Shown here one piece after another: positions 39,028 through 53,333 of a stretch of DNA of 64,000 bases. Both the position numbers and the translations under genes were made by a program. Origin of the DNA: Trichoplax sp. H2 (Eukaryota); assembly GCA_003344405.1 (NCBI GenBank), contig NOWV01000024.1, positions 434,001-498,000 of the forward strand. Reading direction: 5' to 3'. The stretch's first letter is position 1; the number at the start of each line of letters is the position of its first letter. The notes beneath the pieces were generated by a model. That model was not told the DNA's origin. It saw only the letters and a program-made list of their open reading frames with translations, and searched no databases.

Positions 39028-42000
39028 TGGCTTCAATTATTCTTCTATTATCTTTCGAAATTGGATTAATACTGAAACTGATTGATGTAAGCTACAGATA
39101 TCTTGAAGACTGCGATTCTATCGTTCAATTTCAAATACGCGTATTGTAACCTTAAGTCAAAAAAAGCATAATCTACTCATTGCACTATCTTTATTTTTAG
39201 CCTGGGTAAATAAGTAGTGATGTTCGATAATTTATATTTGATCTTAGAAACTGAAAATCAAAAACTTTTTTATGACAGAATAATTCTTGCTACAGTATTA
39301 AAAGATTATTTAATTTAGCTGTATTATGGAACATAGTACTGTATGATTCAATAGAATAATTGTGTTTGATTTATTTAAATATTTTAAACAAGTGTGAATA
39401 CTGCCGCTGTAATACTATAAAAAAAATAAGGATTATTTTGGATTTACAATGTTCATTGATTAATATAGAAGCCAGGATTACATCTGTAATTTTTAACAAT
39501 GAAATCAAGATGTATTGAAATGTCGTGATATTTATATTGTTTTGTTGCATTATCTCGGTATGTTTGAAAACCTAGTGTTAAATTGAACTTTTAAAGTCTG
39601 ATTCTTTATATTGTAGATACATAGGCTGGAGTAAGCACGATTTAATTAGAACAACAGTCTTTAAAATAACTTAACAGCACAACATAAAGTGATTATTATA
39701 CAACCTGGAACCGGTACTATTTCAACTATTTGAACTAGCATATAGCTTTGATCGATTTAATTGATTCTACTATACGGATATTTAAGAGTTGGTATTGAAT
39801 GGATAGATTTATGTAGAGACAATCGTAGAGGATGTTGATCATGAGACTTATCTTTCTCTGTTGCTGGAATGATATTTAATTGGATAATTTGATAGAAAAG
39901 TATAGTAATTTTGTTTTTATAAAGTAGTTACACTATGTAAAGGCCAATAAGACATCAATTGACGTCTTCTGTAAGTAAACAAAGTTGATTGTGTCCCGTC
40001 GATGTTGTCTAAGTTTTGAATTGGAAATAATTAAACTGCAACAATGTATCAAATTGTTGATATGCTTTTTGTTAATCTATTCAAAGTGACAAGAATGAGA
40101 TCAAAGGGTTTTTACATGTATTATATCCACTATCCGATTCAGAGATTAACACTGTTTCAATTTGACTTTGAAGTAACTTCCATTTGGAGTCACTCCATTC
40201 CATGTTATAAGATAAAGCATATTAATTGTAGTAATGCTATGATGCAATATGTTTGCTCTAATTGGCCTATACCTACGCTAGTACAGTACATCACCTCTTG
40301 AATACTTCTATAAGCTACTAAACCATTAATCCCCCTGATTAAAAGATTAAACTATTGCGTAAACATCTAATTTCCTTATTCGAATACATAAAAACGTAGA
40401 TTTAAATAAATCATGATATCAGAAAATAGAAAGCACTCCAGAAAATTTTCGTTAAAAATTGAATACTATATAAAATTAGATGTAAAAATTATTGTAGTAT
40501 CGTGTTTCCTCAACATTCATTCAAATTTCATCAATTACATGAACATAAAGCTATATTGTTTGTATTGCCAAATTGGGCAACAGTTGGCGTATTTAATTCT
40601 TAATTAATGATCACCGTAAAATTGATATCATTGATAGATTGAACGTTAGCGATATAAATAGAACTAGGTGATCTCAATAAGTAACTGCACGTGCGACTTG
40701 CCTTCTATATAGCATAATTTCGTTATTATTGGCTGTGAGTATAAGTAAGCAATTGTATGACAATAGATAAGAATGAATGAAAGCATAGATAGTATTATCT
40801 ATACTTGTTATAAGAATAATTGTAACTGCTGTTAACTAAAAAAAAATTGGCTTCAACATCATAATTAATAATAACATGCTACTGATATGTCATGTAACTG
40901 TTGCTAAAGGAAAAATGGTTGCTAAAGAAGTATAGTATTTCTTTTTGAATTTATTATTAAAAAAAGATATAACTTTCATTTAATACTAATTGGATAATAA
41001 GCTAAACCTTCAACTGCAATTAGATGATTTAAAATCAGATTGTAGAATCTATTAAATAAGGAGGAATATTTTGCAATTCAAAATAAGTCTTTAATGATTG
41101 AATAGCATAGATTATAATTGTTCATGAAAGGAAACACAAAACAAATACTAGAAAAGGGATCTGATAGTAATCTTGATAAAGAAACGAAGGGCTACTTTTA
41201 ATAATTTTTTTACACGATAACAAGAAGATATACATTCGATTACTAGTAAGATTGTAGAGAATAACTTTATCGGTAAATCAAGATGGATTTGTATGAATAT
41301 TCATGTAAGAGCTTTATATTAAGTTTGAATTTATGGAAAGATGATATCTACCAAGGATTTATCATTGAATAAGGGCCGTCATGAATGAAATAATTTGATA
41401 TGCTGTATTATTATAATAAAGAGAAATTTAATCTGACGGATTCAAATAGAGACTTTGATCTGCTTTTTATATTGTTACTTGATTCAAAGATCTTATTGCT
41501 ATTAACAATGATGAATAACAAGTATTTCTAGATATAATTTAGGTTATTATTAATCTTGACTATGTTGCTAAGAGATCGATAAATTAAAGTCTGATGTAGA
41601 ATATCATATCATTTATGGCTTTTTGCTTATTCAGAAGATCATTAGTGAATTAAATTATGGGACTTTGCATGAGTTTGACATATGATTTCATTCCTTAAAG
41701 ATTTAATACAATCAGTCTGAATTTGCCATCTGTAATATAATTCGATCTGAGTAACCAACTTTAGATGTTATAGAAGAATGCATTGCATGGCAGATACAGC
41801 TTTGATGTAAATTTCTGATGAGAATATTTTAACATTGAGCTGCTTAAGCTATTCATTGATATCTAATATGCTATCTTGCTTGGAAATAAGTACGTAGTTT
41901 TCGGACAGATTTCATATTTCGCTACAACTTGGCTATTCTTTTCAATTCTTAATTAGTAGTATACTACAAATACATAGTTAGAAGTGATATCTGCATGACT

Positions 42001-45000
42001 ATTTCAAGGTATAGCATCAGAATTTGGAATAGTTATCCATTATTATATATGCTCGCATAAGATATAATACGTATATCTCACTCAAACTAATTAACTTACT
42101 GATCAGTGACATTTTAACCTAAGCTATCGCTTTACCACAAGAATCTGAAGTTATATGATTACTAGCTTGAATCATTTCCTTTCAGTGTACGTAATATCAG
42201 TAGTACAATGAAATTAGAGCCATATTCTCTCTTTCATTTATAGCAATAGCATAGTAGTTTTAATAAGTGCCAAAGGTAACGAATTCAGAATATCTTGTAG
42301 CTTGTTAGAGCTATGTAGTGACCTCTAAAATCTTTCTATCTTGCAATGCGAGGCGTGATTAATTTGAAAACAATAGTATTTACTTATTTGTTTCTTTAAA
42401 CAGTCTCATAATTATTATGGCATTGTTCATAGTATCATGTGATGAAACAATTTTATTGCATGATATAATTGAATAAATATCTTTTAAACTAATGCCACCC
42501 CTATTTTAAATTAAAATAGAAGCTATCAATCACAAATAAATAAACTATTGGTCGTTCCAACATTTATGATATACGATTATGCCGTAGCTTCAATTTCTTC
42601 CTTTGCAAGCAAAATTCCAATTAGTCATGTTAAAAAAAGGAATATTAATTCTTTTGATTCTTCGAATAAGTATTGCCGTATCTAATGATGAATGATAATT
42701 ATACCTTGCTTCGTTGAAATTATTTTTACAATCTAAACAGACAGCTACTTGAGTAGACATTAAAGTTTTCTTGCACATCTTGCAAGGCCTTATTAACATC
42801 AGACGTTGCAGATGTTGCATTCTCTAACATACTTACTAACTATTACTTACTCTGGCAATGAAATAAATTCGTAGCAGATTATTTCATTCCGTAGACATTG
42901 TCTTGTACACTATTTGAGTTATGTTTCATAACTTAGGCCAGCCTATTTTATAATCAGGTGTTGCATTTAATGCATTGAGCAAAGCAAAGTCTATATTTAT
43001 TTATGCCATCTCTATTAGCAACCATGAAATATTGTGTATTTTCCTTTTGAAAATAAATTAAGCTGTAGTTTACTATCCTGATTTTATTTAATTATGTAAG
43101 TGATCAACACTAGAGCTGTTGCAGCAATTAAATCGAATAGCTGCTTATTAGATCATAATTAGTCTAGACTTCAAAGAATACGTGGACAGTGTTTCTGCAA
43201 TTTAATTTAGTTTCAATTTATTAAGCTCAATTATTTCACAAGAAGGGAACATAATATCAAGTTGTTTCATTATTGGATATTTTTTAGAGCGATAATTCCA
43301 ATCCTTTCTTTCAGATGTCCATTAAATTTTTTTAATCGAATCGCTATTAAATATGCAGTATATTATCGTTTTATATAATTACTTATAACCTTAATAGCGA
43401 ATTATTAAGCGATCAAAAATTTCATTTGCTGGATAAGGTATGAGTTTAGAATATAGCTGCACGCCAGTTAAAGTGCTGCTATAGCAGGAAAAATAATGAT
43501 TACTAATACAACTTGAAAAATCAATCCAATTCATTCCAGCCTATTAGTAAGTAAACAGAAACTTATTACTGGATAAATCTTCGTGAAATCGCCATAAAAT
43601 TGCAAAGATAAATATCGTAACAGCTGCCAATAGAGGTGACAAATAACTATTAGACATTTAACATCGTTGAATTAAATAATAAAATTATTCAAGTAAATCT
43701 TGACAAATTAGTATTATTTCAAATACTAACAGTTATCATTTACTCCATAACCCATCTGTTACGTAGTTACTTTTCTCCTTATAACTAATCATTGTTAATC
43801 TTATTCGTCTCGACACCGTGTGATCATGACCGTTATTGTTAATTGTTGGTTATGTTAATGTAGTTGTAAAACAATCTTGTATTTATCGACATCATGATAA
43901 AGGCTGGATCCTTCTCAATTACGTAATGCCCTATTGAATGATAGTCTTTTTTTGTTATTATGCAATCTGGCTATTTCGCTGATTTTTTCAGTGCTTTTAC
44001 CTGTATCGGCAATGATGATTAAAATTGATTAGAATTCAAAGTTGTAACATATTCACCGGTATGATGGCAAAGATAATTCAAAATTTTAACGGTCTCATCC
44101 ATTCTAGTTATCGAATACTTAAAGTAATCATGTTTATTTTTATACCGTATCAAATATTTATCCGATATTGATATTAGTCTACGTGTCAACTTGGAGTATA
44201 AGACAAACTAAGTTAACAAATTATTTTGTGTGAATTGAGGAGAGATATTATGTATAGTTAATGCAGCAACTTACTCAAAAACTTGTTCAATTAGTCTATA
44301 AATTCGCATGTGCGCTCAATTGGCATTAAAATAGAACTAAAGGTACAAAAATATTTATTTAAGAAAAATAACATGTAATATTAAAACACATAGCCACCTT
44401 TATTTTCTAGCAAGGTTGAATATAATGTTTCTATTTCATAACATAATTCATCGTCGACATGCTGTGAAAGATCCAACAGGTGTTACTTACAACAAGTTCA
44501 AAGTTAGCATTATTGATTTTTCATTTAATTAGTCCTATAGCGTCAGCCCACTTTCCGTATCATTGATCTTAACTTATCTCATTCTAAAGTATCATGGTCA
44601 ATTAATCGTGAACCTCAGATTCGATTAAATTGCTACGGTGAAATAGTATGATATTTTTTAGTCATATTTGGAGCCAAAGATGCCTGAAAGAATGTCTAAT
44701 TGTACCTATTCTTCAGCATAATTGCAATGCTGATTAAGTGATCAGTACAGCTACAACTGCATCTAATTAGAATTCACTGTATGCCTTAGGTCCTTTTATT
44801 GGAATATATTGTCTTTTTAATAGTCTGGTCGCAATTTGAATCCATAGCAACTATTCAAGTTACAAATTTATTAAATAAACAGTATTGACTATTCACACGC
44901 GTCTGATGAATTAAAATTATACATAAACCCTAACAAACGGATAAACTAAACTATAGTGTTAAAAGTTGGCATTTTCTCGACATGATGTCACTATATTAAT

Positions 45001-47699
45001 TAAGAAATCGCACATTAACTAATTATCTCGACAGTTTAGTCGCAACAATATCGACCTTCATAGCTTTAAAATTTTGATGTAAATTTGAGATAAAGAACTA
45101 TTACTTTAACAAGGAAGACCAATTCAACTTATAAGCAGTACTTTGCCTTCTATAATTTTATTGACTCAATGTTTTTATCTGCATATAAAATTTGCTCTTT
45201 TATTTTGTAATTTGACTTACTAACATTACGTAACACTGTGTCGAGTTAACATTCAAACCGTTAAATTATTATATCAAAGCCTTAATTAAGACTATCATGA
45301 AATTAATCTGAATTCAGCATTGCTGTTTTGACAAGTAAACTATTCGTAACGTAAATAATTTTATTCATGTTCCTATATCGGTTTACGGGCTTAAAATTTA
45401 CGGTTTAGACAGAAGTTATTTTTTTAATAAATTTCAAATTAAATCGTTGCGCTTCTATAAATTAATACTAGCATTTCCTCGTTAAAGATAAACTTAGTGT
45501 CTTTCAGCGTCAATACTTTCACGTTGTAAGCCAGACTTACGCCTATGCTTCCTACCAATCCATCTATTTGTAAAAATTAATAGCCAGATATTATTAATTA
45601 GTACGACATCTTCTATGCATTATAATAGCGTCATCATACGGGGTTGATTAACATCTGTAAAAAACAAAGATAGATTTTACTTTGAGACATGCCAAATAAT
45701 AAGGCCAAATTGCAACTTTGATTTTGTGTGTTAACAAATTGCAAAGTAACTGATTCATTTGATTATTACCTTCATATTGAGGGTTATGAGACTGTAGTAA
45801 CCGATAATTTTTCGGGCTTGTCGTCTAGTTACGAAGAGTATACGTTACGATAGCTATGTTTCAATTCAATCTTACTTGAAATCATTAAATACTTCATACA
45901 GGTCTAATCATTGCTATTTGTATCAATTTTCTGTGCCATGCTTTCACGCCATGAATGAATGTATCAAATTCGTTCAAATATAATTGGCATTTTATTCATG
46001 AGCAAACTTTTGTCTAACAATTGTATTAAATTAATAATTAATGAATAGTCAATATTGTTTACAAATCAAGCTAATTAGCTGAGCTGCAGTTGGTAGCAAT
46101 TAATTAATAATACGAATAGCTAAAAGTTCGACATGAAGCACTTTTAAGTAGTCAACATTATGTCAATTATTATGCCATAAAATCAATACCAAAGTATAAC
46201 ATAGCTAGCTAGTTACTCGTAGTCGTGACGGTTGTGCTGAATTTGTTGAAACGTCACGAATTGTGTCTATTACAACGCTAACACATTGCGATAAATTAAT
46301 TTTCATCGAAACTGCGCAGAACCTTTACTAAATTTTAATTGAGACTAAACGATATTTCTGCTAGTACTTTCTACGGAAAATAGCGTAACCAATTACAAGC
46401 ATAAGTATTCGTTACATACAATGTGCAGGCATGATATTTCCCGCGCTTGCTTGAAACTAAATTTGAACTTGGTATCTCGACAGTTTAGTTATTTTACTTC
46501 AGTGACTATATTTCTGGCATTTTAAGCCTTCTAACTAAGCAAGAAACATTTAATATTCGTGATTCGTATTTTTTTGAACCAATCTATCGACGATTAAAAT
46601 GCTGACTTGGGCCAGATTTCCTAATAGAAGATTTACAAAATTGATAAAATCACACCAAAAAAATATTAGAATATTCTAAATGTCTCAGCTCGCTTTAAAG
46701 ACTAGTAATTTCTTTAGAAGGCTAAATCAAGAATTATCTTGTAAGCATGGAACTATATTTCTCTCCAGAGAGATCATAATATTTAATAGTGAAAGAAATT
46801 TAGTGTAATGCCCGAACAAATCGTTCAGAAATCCAAAACTCATGAAAACAACTTTGCTTCTATCAACTTATATAACCAAAATTTAACCGTTTGAACTAAC
46901 AGGTTTCCACAATCTAATGTTGCAAATTCGATACTCTAATCATTTTAGAACCTAGTTTGAATTATAATTTAGGAATCGCATAGAATCATATTATTTGTGA
47001 GAATAAAACCGATACTATATACTGATTTCTTAATAATATTATCCTCGTTTTATCCACAAAGCTCTAAGAACAGGCATCATATCTTTTAGATATTTGCTTC
47101 CTTGCTGAGGTAAAACAAACAAAGCGTTTATTTGCTACTAATATTACTTTGAAAAAATGTAGGTGCAAATTTTAACTACAATTTACTGGTAATTGTAATA
47201 TATAAATCATAATTAAATTAATCTGCACTATGCACCTACGGCATACTAAAGTTCAACCATCGGCAAATATCATCTTGCCGCTATTTATCTCAGTTACTAT
47301 TATATTAGCGGTATGGGCTTACGTTAATCAATCTCAGTTTATAATGAATACTAGAGGAGTATATGTACTTAAAATTGCAAGAAACTCTTGATCTAATAAG
47401 TGATTTGGTATTTGTTAGGCTTCGATTTCATGAAATGCTCATTCCACAGCAATCAAGGGTTGCATATATCGAAGTAAAGCACAAGTATAAGCACTTTTAT
47501 TTATGTACTGGTAAAAGACAAGTATATTAGAAGCGAAACCTCTTAGATCTTAGTAATAGAGATGAGCATTGACATAAAGCTAGCGAAATTTACTAGAAAT
47601 GGATTGTATTCGGAAACTAAAGTACTGTTTATTGTTGCTGTCAATTATCCAAGTAGTGTACGCAAGACTTACTCTTTATTAGATTATTTAGGAAATTTG

Positions 47700-48850
47700 G
47701 TTATAGTGAGGCTTCGATCTTAATAACTAAGATGGTGACATGTAGTGATGCCCCCATATTTAATTATACGGATACCTATATTTGATATAGTTAGGTTACT
47801 TTGAATAGATATTACCGCGAAGCTAATATTAGATGATTGCTAACTACTATATTAGAAATTGTCGATGACTAATAGTAGCCAGTTGACTAATTGTGGTACA
47901 AGATTTATGTAGTTAGAAACACTGTAGTTGTTAAGATGCCCTTCGGAGAAAGAGCCTAGACGTTAATAAAAGAGTAGTGATATCTTAGCTAGAATGATTT
48001 AGATTATAGAAAATAATGATGGACTATTAGAGAAAAGAGTTTTGTTTGATGACTCATGTCTGATCGTAGATTAGTTAAGTTTTCATAAATCGATTTAACG
48101 AAATATTTATAAGAACTGCAAAGATGAGTTCATGTAGGAGAAGAGACTTCACTTCGCTTTGAGCTCCGAATACTTTACATTTTAGACTAGATTCTTGTAG
48201 TAATTAACTATTGCTCTACTATTCCTAAAACCTTGTAATAAAAGCCTTTTAGAAAATACCATATTACTAAGATTTGACTAAGATAGTTATTATGAGATGC
48301 ATTTATCACACGACGCTAGATCTGAGTGGATTAACGGTGCCAACGATTATCTTTAAGCGTTAAGATCATTGTGTTTTGTCCGTAGATAATACTGCAAATG
48401 TTAGCTGTAACCTTAGGGGAAACTCTGGGCGCCTCGATAAGTGGCTTCAGCATATCTCAGTGTCTCAGTTCAGAAAGAGGGATGACAATCATACCTAGTT
48501 AGGGATCTTACTTTTATAGAAGCCATTCTAAATATTTAGTAGAATAGAAAAAACTATAGATCAAGATAGGTTCGATTTCACGTAAATTAATTAAGGAGAA
48601 TAATTTGACAAATACGGTTATCAATACGCCTACAGGAAGGATATAAAAGGCTGGCTCCGTTCGAGAGGAGAAAGTTGATAGCCTTCGAGCTAGATTAGAG
48701 TTTTACTACTGAAATATTCAGTAGTTATTTTTACGTAATAAACAGTTTTTAACCGCTACACTGTGGTAGTAAGGACCGAATGGCTAATTAGAGTAGGGCT
48801 AATGGTAGTACATTATCACATAGGTTTACCAAGCCAGTATTCAAATAACC
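47700..48850 (+). mobile_element. Highly degraded LTR-retrotransposon pol fragment, BEL/Pao-like
   Basis: Frameshifted motifs occur in the expected order: IPIFDIVRLL (~47772), RFM* (47901-47912, cf. RFLW), MPFG (47936-47947), KIPYY (~48253, cf. IPR), EMHLSHDAR...GANDYL (48294-48353, cf. ELHxFxDAS..AYGAVxYL), GKLWAP (48417-48434, cf. AKSRVAP), TIIPS (48485-48499, cf. TIPRLEL) and VHYHIG (~48810). No intact ORF or LTRs seen. Confidence 0.4.
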
Positions 48851-51830
48851 ATTGATAGCATCTATGATATATTAACTCACACTCAATCGAAGGTAAATGT
48901 ATGATAGGCTAATGAATCTTCTCACTTATGTAAGGTGTATTCTGGAGAGGATTCTTATTACTATATCAGTTGTTCTTCTGTGTAGGACTAAACCAATTCT
49001 AAAGTGAAACCATTAAAATGCTATTATACTTTGCGGCTTAAAACTACTTTAGCCTAGCTTTATTTCACAAGCGCAGTTCACAATTGACGCTTATTTAAAA
49101 TTATTAACTTAATTTCACTATAATTTACAAATGAATACTATTCTACTTTCCAGTACAACAATAAGAAATGGAAGTAGGAAGAATCGTTACAATGATTTAG
49201 CTAGAACTTACAAGTACATACTGTAGGTAGAAATCTGGTCTGGTGTAACATTATTACTATCATTCAGTGTGCAGTTGAGTAAGTTATTCTATTCACGATT
49301 TATTTACACCCTAGCAAGTTCATTAAAATCAAGAATGCCTTCTATCGTGTGATTAAAATATTGCCAAATTTGGTCTTCACTAATGTACTAGTTAGATTCA
49401 GCACTAGCTGTCTACATTGTAAAAAATTATTTAGGGCTACATAATGTATTGTAGCACTGCAATGTATACTCATGTCGATACTGTTAGCTCGTATTTTGCA
49501 AAATTCTAGTATTAGATGATCCCTTAACGACTGGGTTGAATCTGTTTATTTTTCAGAATACGCTTGTATATTGTATGGCACGCCAATTTACATACATTAC
49601 AGGTACTCTGATAAATTGGAGCAAAGCTATTCCTTCGTTAAGTTGACTACGCATACATAAAAGCTGCCGCTTTCAATCATTACCGTGAGTATTAAAAAAC
49701 AACATCGCTATATATTTTAAAATTGCTTTATATGTATATTGGCAGCAATATCTATGGCAATCTGTGCTTATGATTAATCCGAAATTGGCCAGTGACGAAA
49801 TAAATGCTTCAATTGTACGAACTTATTTCCTTTTATTCAGATCATTATATTCAAGAGCAACAGGCGAACTGAATGATACATGTTTAATTTTTAAACATAA
49901 CTATTTCAAGATTGCGTTCGAGATATCCGCTATAACAGCTAATGTCAAACGGTACATTCAAGTTTACTGTATATTCACAACTTACAAATTTACTATTGGA
50001 GCTCTAAAATCTTCTAACCAGGAACGATCGGTGAATTTCAACGCCTAAGAAGGCATGGATTATTAAATTCATAATACTTGCAACTCATAGTAGTATAACG
50101 CTATAACCCCAATGTGGATGTCAATAGGTGATTAAATTCACCAAAGTTTTGTTTATGCGGCAAGCACTTTTACGTATGCGGTGAAGCACTTAAATTTCCT
50201 TCATTCTGTTATGATAACAAAAGTTAGATTTAAAACATAATAACAACCTGGTAAATTTTAAAGATAAAAGTTATATCATAGAAGCAGCAATTTTATTACC
50301 TAAGACGTTATAAAGAAAGTAATAAAAATCGCATGCTTTAAACTTTAGGTCGATTAATAACAGCTATACAGATTAAAGATGTAGTTTCCACTGCATATTC
50401 AATAAATAAAAGTAATCCATTTATAAAATCAAGTAATAATTTGGGAATAATATAGATTTTTAAAGATAAATGCGATATCCCTGGAATTTCAGGAACTAAT
50501 TTTCAGTCTATCTTGCATTAGTTGTAGCCTGCTGATGCCGCTCGTTCTACAGCACTCTGTATCGTATCGAGTTAACCGACTTTTACAACTTGACAGTCTT
50601 GCTCCAGCTAGGATGGTGCTGACTAGGATGATACAGACCGTGGCTGCAAGGATTACAGTATACATCCAATAGTGTCGAAAAATTAATAATTAAGTCAATT
50701 GCTTACTCAATAATAAACTTGGGAACCCAATGCTATCAACTTTTAAAATTCAGGAACTATTTCCAGCAATTCTAGGATATTCAATTTTGATAGTGTTGTA
50801 CAACATTGCTGAGAGATGATGTGCCATTATCTTCTTGAGCAAACACTGTTCTAATAACAACGTAACAGCATTGAAGGTTGTTGTTTAACAGTGCTGACGA
50901 GCATTCTGAAGCTTTGACTTGAAAACATGATGACGAGATCCAAGTTGCCTAACATGTACATTTAATTATAACACATCTTTCAGTTCAGGGTAAATCCCAA
51001 AATTGGTCAATGTGCCAATCTTGTTTCATTCTTCTAAATTTATTACGCAAGAATATCACCCTATGTGATGGAAAACGCCGTCCCCCTTCGAATGATAGGA
51101 TTACACTGTCACTGTTCTACTTAAAATCGGCGTGGCTATGAAGCCTAAATTAGTATTTAAATCTTACAAATTGATGGCCTTTATTTATATCATCTTAAGC
51201 AATAATATAATGTTTCCAGAGCTCAAATTTGTACGAATGTCATGATGCCTCAATTGTTGTTGAGATCGCATAGGTGTGATTACCGTTATGTGTATAAATA
51301 TGTTATATATACAAGTATACGTAACAACAACAAATCTGCTAGAAAATACAACTCTGCAACTGTAGTCCTACTATCTTGCTAATATTATAATCTATTTCAA
51401 TTTAAGAATTCATTTCCAGTCATTCTTCGCTATCGCTCTTGCCCATCATGGGACAGTATAGCACTATGTATAATTTTGTATCGAGTTAACCGACAGGGAG
51501 TTGGTTACACCATTGGCTTGGGTGCTACATCCTTTCATATCCGTGTTTTGGCTATAGGAACAGTATGCAATGGAGTGGAGTGATGTACATGCCATTGCCA
51601 GTCTCTCTCTGATCAAACTATACGATATTGCCTTGAAACTGAATTGCATATTTGTTCAGTGACCAACTGACTAGCTTACTAAGCTACATAATCGAGCAGA
51701 AAATGCAATGAATCTTTCAAAATTCAGTAACTCATTTCCACTTCCTTCTTCAATTGACTGTAGTCTGCTGATGCCCTCCATTGACTTGCAGACTTCATTA
51801 TTCTGTGTATGAACAACAACTTAGATCTGC

Positions 51831-52985
51831 TAGAGGTTCGGTTCGAGCCGCATACGAACCGATTAAAGTCAGTTTATCCGGTACTGTTCAAATACTTAAA
51901 AGGCGCGGTTCGAACCGAACGAACCGCTTAATATTAACGTATTGACATGATTTAGTATGACATTTCATATAAAACCTGCAGATTGTAACTGATGTTCATT
52001 TAAGTTAATATCACATTTAATATAATGAAATATATGCAGATTATAAAATCAGATTACAGAAGTCTCAAAATTTTAGTGCAACAGCTACACTTCTTTATAG
52101 TTGATTTATTTACTACAACGAATATTAATATTAACGTATTGATATGATTTAGTATGACATTTCATATAAAACCTGTAGATTGTAACTGATGTTCATTTAA
52201 TTTAATATCACATTTAATGTAATGAAATATATGCAGATTATAAAATCAGATTACAAAAGTCTCAAAATTTTAGTGTAACTGCTACACGTATTTATGGTTG
52301 ATTTATTTTCTACAACGAATATTAATTGCTGCAGCTTACGTATTTATGGTTGATTTTATTTTCTACAACGAATATTAATTGCTACAGCCTACGTATTTAT
52401 GGTTGATATTTTCGATTCATTTACTACAACGAATATTAATTGCTACAGACTACGTATTTATGGTTGATTTATTTTCTACAACGAATATTAATTGCTACAG
52501 ACTATGTATCTATGGTTGATTTATTTTCTACAACGAATATTAATTGCTACAGCGTACGTATTTATGTTTGATTTTGTTTTCTACAGCGAATATTAATTGC
52601 TACAGCGTACGTATTTATGGTTGATTTATTTTCTACAACGAATATTAATTGCTACAGCCTACGTATTTATGGTTGATATTTTCGATTTTCTACAACGAAT
52701 ATTAATTGCTACAGCGTACGTATTTATGGTTAGATTTATTTTCTACAACGAATATAAATTGCTACAGCCTACGTATTTATGGTTGATTTTATTTTCTACA
52801 ACGAATATTAATTGCTACAGACTACGTATTTATGGTTGATTTATTTTCTACAACGAATATTAATTGCTACAGACTACGTATTTATGGTTGATTTATTTTC
52901 TACAACGAATATTAATTGCTACAGCCTACGTATTTATGGTTGATATTTTCGATTCATTTACTACAACGAATATTAATTGCTACAG
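51831..52985. repeat. Composite repeat: 16-bp inverted repeat, then a 197-bp tandem duplication, then a ~52-bp minisatellite of about 12 units
   Basis: IR GTTCGGTTCGAGCCGC (51836-51851) / GCGGTTCGAACCGAAC (51905-51920), one mismatch. The 197-bp units start at 51929 and 52126. The unit TTGCTACAG(A/C)CTACGTATTTATGGTTGATTTATTTTCTACAACGAATATTAA repeats from ~52326 to ~52984, with longer variants near 52405, 52675 and 52941. Confidence 0.93.
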
Positions 52986-53333
52986 GGGCAGTGCACGGGC
53001 AGGAAAGCCTACAGTACAAGGCAGAAGGCTACAGTATACAGTACTGTACACTGTAGCCCAGTGCACCAGCTTGTACTGTACTGGACATCACTAGCTCAAG
53101 CGTCCCTCTACGGCAATATGGACGCTAAGACAAAAGCACCAGAAAGCGTTTTTAGCCTATCTTGGCTTGTCATCATCACCAATCGTAGGCTGTGATAGGA
53201 CGAAATCGTCATCAGCTTGTTCACGCTTGTCATTTAAATTGCAATTATTGTTGTTTGCTTAGATGAACGATTAATTATCGCTCGTGTATCCGTCGTCAGT
53301 GTTGAATTAATTGATTTGGGTAAGAAATTAGCC

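Noticed and set aside
42590..42820. ORF with CxxC...CxxC (CKMC, CLDC)
   Set aside because: Short and isolated, with no splice partners or recognisable domain; compatible with chance.
45024..46489. Exact 17-mer TATCTCGACAGTTTAGT at 45024 and 46473
   Set aside because: The flanks do not extend the match. A single repeat of this length is plausible by chance in 64 kb of AT-rich DNA.
50790..51650. Minus-strand fragments faintly like a BED finger (GTSSL..H) and an ankyrin repeat (TPLH..KHG)
   Set aside because: Single short motifs interrupted by stops, not supportable without a profile search.
52597..53195. Repetitive ORFs upstream of LEMD3
   Set aside because: They are translations of the 52-bp minisatellite.
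53316..53333. ORF-track start for the LEM protein at TTG 53316
   Set aside because: The ATG at 53334 has a strong Kozak context and places the LEM domain at the N-terminus.
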